Below are positions 59,746 through 64,000 of a stretch of DNA of 64,000 nt, one piece after another. Location: positions 83,272 through 147,271 of the forward strand of contig JASGHK010000008.1 in assembly GCA_049841135.1 (NCBI GenBank), in the 5' to 3' direction. How positions within the stretch are numbered: position 1 is the stretch's first letter; each line of letters begins with the position of its first letter. The position numbers and the translations under genes are program-made. This stretch comes from Myxococcales bacterium (GTDB lineage: Bacteria > Myxococcota > Myxococcia > Myxococcales > UBA5297). The notes under the pieces are model-generated. The model ran no database searches, was not told the DNA's origin, and saw nothing but the letters and a program-made list of their open reading frames with translations.

Positions 59746-61259
59746 TTTTCTACTTGGCCCATTTGCCCTGCCAAGGTTGCCGGCTCGACGGGCAATCGGC
59801 CGGCGAGGTCGATCCGGTCCCGGTACAGCCGCAGTCCGTAGGGAGCGCGCAAGGGCACCATGATGCCCAGCAACTCCTGCATCCGTTCCGGGGAGGCGCG
59901 ACGGATGGCCCGAGCTAGCGTGCTGGCAGCAGTGCCGAGAGCTGCCCCACCGCACTGAACAGGGGCGTCCGCAAGAGCGACCTTCGCGCGCAGCCGCCTA
60001 GAGTCTGCCGCGGTGCGTGTGTTCTTGATCTGGCCCAGGCGCTCCCGTGCCACCGCCTCCGACACCAGCCCTTCGTCCAGAAGCCGCACAAGCCGAGCCT
60101 CCTGGCTATCCAGGCGCTCCAACTCGGCTTCGGCTTCGGCCAGGTCAAGGTTCGGCTTCTCCTGCTCTGTTCGCTTGCGGCCCGCTTGAACCGCCGCGCC
60201 CAGGACATCGGGATGGGTCAGGAGGTCAACGAGAGCGGCCCGCATCGCAGCGTCGGCGTCAGGAACCCGAACGGTTCGCCGGTCGGGGCAAGGCGGTGCT
60301 GTCAGCCGCCGCGCCGGGGTGGGACAGCCGTAGCGGTAGGACGCACCCTTGCCATCCGACAGAACGTGAACCCGGCAGCCGCATGCGCCGCAGGTCAGCA
60401 GTCCACGCATCGCCGCGTCCCGGGATGGCTTGGGCCCGCAAGACGACTTGGCGTCTGCCAAGAGCATCTTGAGTCGCTCCCAAGTTACTTCGTCCACGAT
60501 CGGCGGAATCTCGACGGTATGCCCACAGACCGTGTAGCGCCCGATGATGGCGGGCTGAGTCAGCAACCGGAGAACAGTGCTCTTCCCCCACTTCCCGGCT
60601 CGGGCGGCGGGCACGCCATCGCGGTTAAGGTGAGCCGCTATCGTGCGCGACGACTCCCCAGACAACGCCTCTGCGACGATGCGTCGGTAGACGTCGACCT
60701 GCTCGGGCACGACGATCCAGGTCTTGGAGAAGTGGTCATAGCGGCGCCCGTAAGGAGGCGAGCCCTGCGAGAGGCGCCCCTCCTCGGCTGCCCGCAAGCG
60801 CCCCGCGGCCGTCCTCAGCAGAATCTTCCGCCGCTCCTCTGAACTCTCGTTCGCCTTGAGGAGATAGGTCAGCCGGCCCAGGACGTTGCTTGGTTCAAAG
60901 ACTGCGCCCTGCGCGTCAACAATGACGGCGCGAGCCTCCTCGGCCAAGCAGAGGACTTCGGTCTGCTCTCGAAGGGTCGCGGCGCGCGTGATCCGGTCGA
61001 TAGCGAAGCAGCGGATCTCGTCGTAGGACTTCGAAGCCGTGAGGCGTCGCAGTTCGCGCACGCTGTCGCGCTCATCCAGAGGCAGGGCCCCCGACACACC
61101 CAGTTCCTCGATGCGTGCCACAACCACGCACGGGCGGGACCTTCGCAGGCGGTCCAAAGCATGGCGTTGCGTCTCGGGCGTGTCGTTTTTGACCTGCTGG
61201 TCACTGGAGACGCGAATCAACTCTACTGCGCGCGGGAGAGCGGGGTCGGTGCCGGGCAT
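59676..61259 (-). CDS. large serine recombinase (resolvase-type catalytic domain, recombinase domain and zinc-ribbon)
   Basis: ATG 61259 with GGAGG RBS. AVELIRVSSDQQVKNDTPETQRHAL (catalytic Ser in RVSS). Recombinase domain (IAAHLNRDGVPAARAGKWGKSTVLRLL). Cys cluster (CGACGCRVHV...YRYGCP). Coiled-coil C-terminus. The C-terminal codons read through the comM junction. Confidence 0.85.
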   Translation of the reverse strand: MPGTDPALPRAVELIRVSSDQQVKNDTPETQRHALDRLRRSRPCVVVARIEELGVSGALPLDERDSVRELRRLTASKSYDEIRCFAIDRITRAATLREQTEVLCLAEEARAVIVDAQGAVFEPSNVLGRLTYLLKANESSEERRKILLRTAAGRLRAAEEGRLSQGSPPYGRRYDHFSKTWIVVPEQVDVYRRIVAEALSGESSRTIAAHLNRDGVPAARAGKWGKSTVLRLLTQPAIIGRYTVCGHTVEIPPIVDEVTWERLKMLLADAKSSCGPKPSRDAAMRGLLTCGACGCRVHVLSDGKGASYRYGCPTPARRLTAPPCPDRRTVRVPDADAAMRAALVDLLTHPDVLGAAVQAGRKRTEQEKPNLDLAEAEAELERLDSQEARLVRLLDEGLVSEAVARERLGQIKNTRTAADSRRLRAKVALADAPVQCGGAALGTAASTLARAIRRASPERMQELLGIMVPLRAPYGLRLYRDRIDLAGRLPVEPATLAGQMGQVEKRCGPLQPRAPSRAWRPPGRGRR

Positions 61260-61399
61260 CTGTTTGCCTCCTGGGCTTCTGCAAGCCGCAGATCCGTTAG
61301 CACAGCTTCGAACCAGTCGAGCAAGTCGGAGACGGCAAGCGCCTGCTCGGACTCGTCGGCAAGACACGAGAGGCGGACACTCGCGGGGCTCCTACTCAT
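61223..61399 (-). CDS. small hypothetical protein (58 aa) overlapping the recombinase start
   Basis: MSRSPASVRLSCLADESEQALAVSDLLDWFEAVLTDLRLAEAQEA... No family recognised. Confidence 0.3.
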   Translation of the reverse strand: MSRSPASVRLSCLADESEQALAVSDLLDWFEAVLTDLRLAEAQEANRCPAPTPLSRAQ

Positions 61400-61677
61400 C
61401 GCCGCCCCCCCCTCCCGCCGCTTGCTGGCTTCTGGGCCAGACTTGCCGCCTGTCGAGTCGAGACAACGAGTCGATAGCCGCCGGGTGCCCCACAGTCCGC
61501 GAAGCGGTGGCCGATGTCTCGCAGTCCATCGGTGTCCCGGTTCCGAAGCGGCTTCCCGGCCTCGGAGAACGGCCAACCGTGGACGTGCGTTCCGGCGCAC
61601 CACGGGCAGAGCGCCTCAACGTGCCGCGTGGTGGTGACGCTGTAGACCCGGCCGAAGGCGTAGGGGATGGGGCTCAT
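61396..61677 (-). CDS. small hypothetical Cys/His-containing protein (about 93 aa)
   Basis: MSPIPYAFGRVYSVTTTRHVEALCPWCAGTHVHGWPF...HRFADCGAPGGYRLV. Possible zinc-binding. Confidence 0.35.
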   Translation of the reverse strand: MSPIPYAFGRVYSVTTTRHVEALCPWCAGTHVHGWPFSEAGKPLRNRDTDGLRDIGHRFADCGAPGGYRLVVSTRQAASLAQKPASGGRGGRR

Positions 61678-61997
61678 TGCTCGCACCTCCCGGCCGAGTT
61701 GGGCCAGTCGCACTCGTGGTCGCGCAGGGCGCAAACGGCGCACCCCCTGTGCAGCATGATCGTGCGATAGGCGTTCGGCGCCCGGGTCGGCCTGAACCAT
61801 CGCTCGCCCAACTTGCTGGCGAGAGTCCCCAGATCGATCGCGCACCGCTTCCAGTCGGCTGTCTCGAATCCCAGTTCACTCAGTGGGACGAACAAGTCTG
61901 TTCGCGCGTCGTAGAACCGTCCGGCATGCGGGCTGCCGTCCTCGGCAGCGTCTCCGTGGATGTAGAGTCGCTCCGGTCGAAGGGCGGTGGACTTCAT
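61674..61997 (-). CDS. hypothetical protein (107 aa)
   Basis: ATG 61997 with GGGAGG RBS. MKSTALRPERLYIHGDAAEDGSPHAGRFYDARTDLFVPLSELGFETADW... Confidence 0.4.
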   Translation of the reverse strand: MKSTALRPERLYIHGDAAEDGSPHAGRFYDARTDLFVPLSELGFETADWKRCAIDLGTLASKLGERWFRPTRAPNAYRTIMLHRGCAVCALRDHECDWPNSAGRCEQ

Positions 61998-62200
61998 CGG
62001 CGTTCGCCTCCCTTCCCGCTGCACAGCAACTCGAAGCCGGGGCGGAGTGCTTCCAGTTTCTCCGCCGCAGCGTCGAACCGCTGTGCTTCGACTAGATGGG
62101 CTACCTCGACCAACCGAGCAGACACGCTGCCGGCGCGGAGAGCGAGCCGCAGACCGACCGGCAAAGAAGCCGGGGCCGTCGGCGGACTTCGTTGGATACC

Positions 62201-62389
62201 TCATCGCAGCCCCCGCTCGGCCTTGGATAGCGCCAGCAGTTCAGTCATCGCCGAAGCGAGCGCGCATGCCACGTCATCGGCAGTGCCAGTTAGTGCGAGG
62301 TCTGCCGCTGCGTGAATCTTCTTCGCCAACTTCTTGGCTGCTCGGGTGCGGTGGTCGGTTGCGGCGGGGGTAACGGTCTTCGACGTCAT
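62201..62389 (-). CDS. small hypothetical protein (62 aa)
   Basis: ATG 62389 with GGAGATG RBS. MTSKTVTPAATDHRTRAAKKLAKKIHAAADLALTGTADDVACALASAMTELLALSK. Confidence 0.35.
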   Translation of the reverse strand: MTSKTVTPAATDHRTRAAKKLAKKIHAAADLALTGTADDVACALASAMTELLALSKAERGLR

Positions 62390-62448
62390 CGGAGCATCTC
62401 CTTGGTTGGTGCTTCGGGTGCTTCGGGTACGACTTCGGAAACGACAGG

Positions 62449-62733
62449 TCATGCGGCCTTCCTCTCTAAGCGCGCGTCGGTGCCGGTGAGGATGGCCAGC
62501 GCTTCGTCATCGGAGCCGACGACAGCCGCGCGAACAGCGTGGGCCCACAGTTCTTCGCCGGGCCCGAGCTGGGCGAGCGCCGCCAAGAGTTCCGAGGCGA
62601 AGGGCTCGAAGCGCGCCCGAAACGCGTCAGTCCGCGCCGCCTTGGGCCTTACAACGAGTCGCCCTGAGCCGCTCCAGAGGGTGATTCCCGAGGAGTGCGC
62701 AGCGGTTAGCAGGGACAGGAGGGCCGGGCTCAC
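62449..62733 (-). CDS. small hypothetical protein (about 94 aa)
   Basis: GTG 62733 overlapping the upstream stop (GTGA) with GAGGAGG RBS. VSPALLSLLTAAHSSGITLWSGSGRLVVRPKAARTDAFRARFEPFASELL... Confidence 0.35.
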   Translation of the reverse strand: MSPALLSLLTAAHSSGITLWSGSGRLVVRPKAARTDAFRARFEPFASELLAALAQLGPGEELWAHAVRAAVVGSDDEALAILTGTDARLERKAA

Positions 62734-64000
62734 GCGAAGGCCTCCTCTTCGTCGGCCCACAGGCCGGATTGAGGCGGAACAGCAGCAGACGGAGGCTCGG
62801 GAGGAGGGCTGGAGACCGCGGGAGACCGGGAGTCCGCGGGAGTCGTGCCGGCCGTTTCTTCGTGGGAGGTGTTTTTTTCATCTTCTTCAGAAAAACTACT
62901 TTCCCCAGGAACCCGGTTAGAACGTCTCCCGCTGTCTCCCGCACTCCCGCAAGACCCTGAAACCGCCCAACTCCAAGAGCCGTTGCGGCTGTCTTTCTCA
63001 ACCGCGCAGATTCGTTCGCCTTTTCTCCACTTGTCCCGATAGAGGCCGATTCGGCGCCCCAACTTGCGGGCATCCACCTTGCCATCCTTGATGAAGTCGG
63101 CCGCGTCGAGCGCTGCCCAGAAGTCGGCGGCCGCCGGATTGTCTCCCGCGAACTCGGACGCGCGCCCCGCCTCGAGCCGTTGCTTGATCTGACCGGCGGT
63201 CAGCCCCGACCGCCCGGGGTCGAGCGCCTTTAGCCCAGCGATCAACATGTCGTGAAGGTCGGTGGTCCTGTCGGCCTTCCGTAGTCCCTCGCGCGTGTCC
63301 ACCCACGGATTGGCCAACCCGAGCCATCGGCACATCCCGCGAACGATGGCGCTCCACTCCTCAAAGCTCCCGAAGGCGGGAAGGTCCCTGGAGTTGGGGC
63401 GTCCCGCGACGAACCAGGCGCGGGCCACTGTGAGAGCGCAGGCGAGCAAGCGCGGCCGGTTCTCGCGGACCCAGCCGAGCAGGTCTCTGTGCGCAACGTC
63501 AGTGCGTTCCTCGGGGTGCTCCAGGGGCGACGCGAGCCGGATATGGATCGCGCGCCGCACAATGTCGCCGCATAGCGTGGCGTTGTTGAGGGTCGCCCAC
63601 CACGTTGCGCAGTTGGGCAACTTGAGCGCGGCCTCAGCGTCGTTGCGGCCCAGCAAGCGGCTGGCATAGGTGCCCTCGCACGTCAGCAACTTGTCGAGGA
63701 TGGCGCCGCCGAAGTCGGTATCAACGTTGTCGAGGTTGACCACTGCATCCATGGCCGACAGGTGCGCGACGATGCGCTTGTCCATCTCCTCTCGGTTGAG
63801 GGTGAAGGACTCGCAGGGGGCCATGTAGCCCGTGGCGATTCGCGCTGCCGTGTGAACGAGGAGCCCCTTGCCTGCGCCGCGCGTGTTCGCATCCACCATG
63901 TTCAGCGGCACGTTTGCGGAGCCGAGAGCCGGGCTTGACGATCATGGTCATCAGCGCCGCGAACCAAGCCGCTCGATGCGCTTCGGTCTCAAAGGGGAAG
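62730..64000 (-). CDS. phage/plasmid primase-helicase-like protein, C-terminal part (N-terminus beyond window; apparent +1 frameshift near 63905-63930)
   Basis: VNLDNVDTDFGGAILDKLLTCEGTYASRLLGRNDAEAALKLPNCATWWATLNNATLCGDIVRRAIHIRLAS... resembles the C-terminal region of P4/D5-type primase-helicases (from memory). Upstream frame at window end: FPFETEAHRAAWFAALMTMIVKPGS. Confidence 0.35.

Larger units (their letters stand above)
59745..64000. mobile_element. integrated element (prophage/integrative-element remnant) inserted in comM; extends beyond window end
   Basis: Large serine recombinase adjacent to the junction. Run of small overlapping minus-strand ORFs. Primase/helicase-like gene. Visibly lower-GC patches (e.g. 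62860-63040). Confidence 0.6.

Overview
High-GC (visually ~70%) chromosomal window that looks myxobacterial (Myxococcota). The evidence for that lineage is a myxobacterial-type LexA box in front of recA, tandem myxobacterial cysteine-rich repeat lipoproteins, several ECF sigma/anti-sigma pairs, a eukaryotic-like Ser/Thr kinase, and PilZ and MshEN proteins.

Layout of the window, in order:
- 1-2.2 kb: a LolA-like lipoprotein-sorting family gene (5' partial) and a putative outer-membrane protein.
- 2.5-12.7 kb: a complete Tad/Flp type IVb pilus locus as a single co-directional cluster: flp, cpaA, tadE, cpaB, cpaC, cpaE, cpaF, tadB, tadC, a TPR lipoprotein, a small lipoprotein and a TadG-like gene.
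- 12.7-21.5 kb: a ceramidase-like hydrolase, an MshEN-domain protein, a PilZ protein, a Ser/Thr kinase, a TPR lipoprotein, folK, a FAH-family hydrolase and dapB.
- 22-36 kb: two ECF sigma/FecR-like anti-sigma modules, each with a secreted partner (a PEGA protein and a Cys-rich repeat lipoprotein), plus an OPA-family MFS transporter and TPR proteins.
- 37-45 kb: an M13 metallopeptidase, a Fic-domain protein, a GNAT(-cupin) gene, a small outer-membrane protein, NTF2-like proteins and a TetR regulator.
- 46-52.6 kb: recA, an IS50/Tn5-like IS4-family insertion sequence carrying a DUF4338-like partner ORF and inserted just 3' of ubiE, and GTP-dependent PEP carboxykinase.
- 52.8-59.7 kb: a GNAT gene and an operon of a large membrane protein plus a zincin/TPR/PEGA protein.
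- 59.1-64.0 kb: a comM (yifB) gene truncated at about 59745 by an integrated element that carries a large serine recombinase, small hypotheticals and a primase-like gene, and runs off the window.

Other structure not explained by genes: three distinct tandem-repeat arrays (71 bp x4 with an inverted copy; 9 bp x8; about 22 bp x8) and a 27-nt motif present three times in 3' intergenic regions.

At least 15 genes appear interrupted by single-base indels, nearly all of them +1 insertions. This points to indel-rich sequence rather than mass pseudogenisation, but it cannot be resolved from the sequence alone.

No rRNA, tRNA or CRISPR array was recognised.
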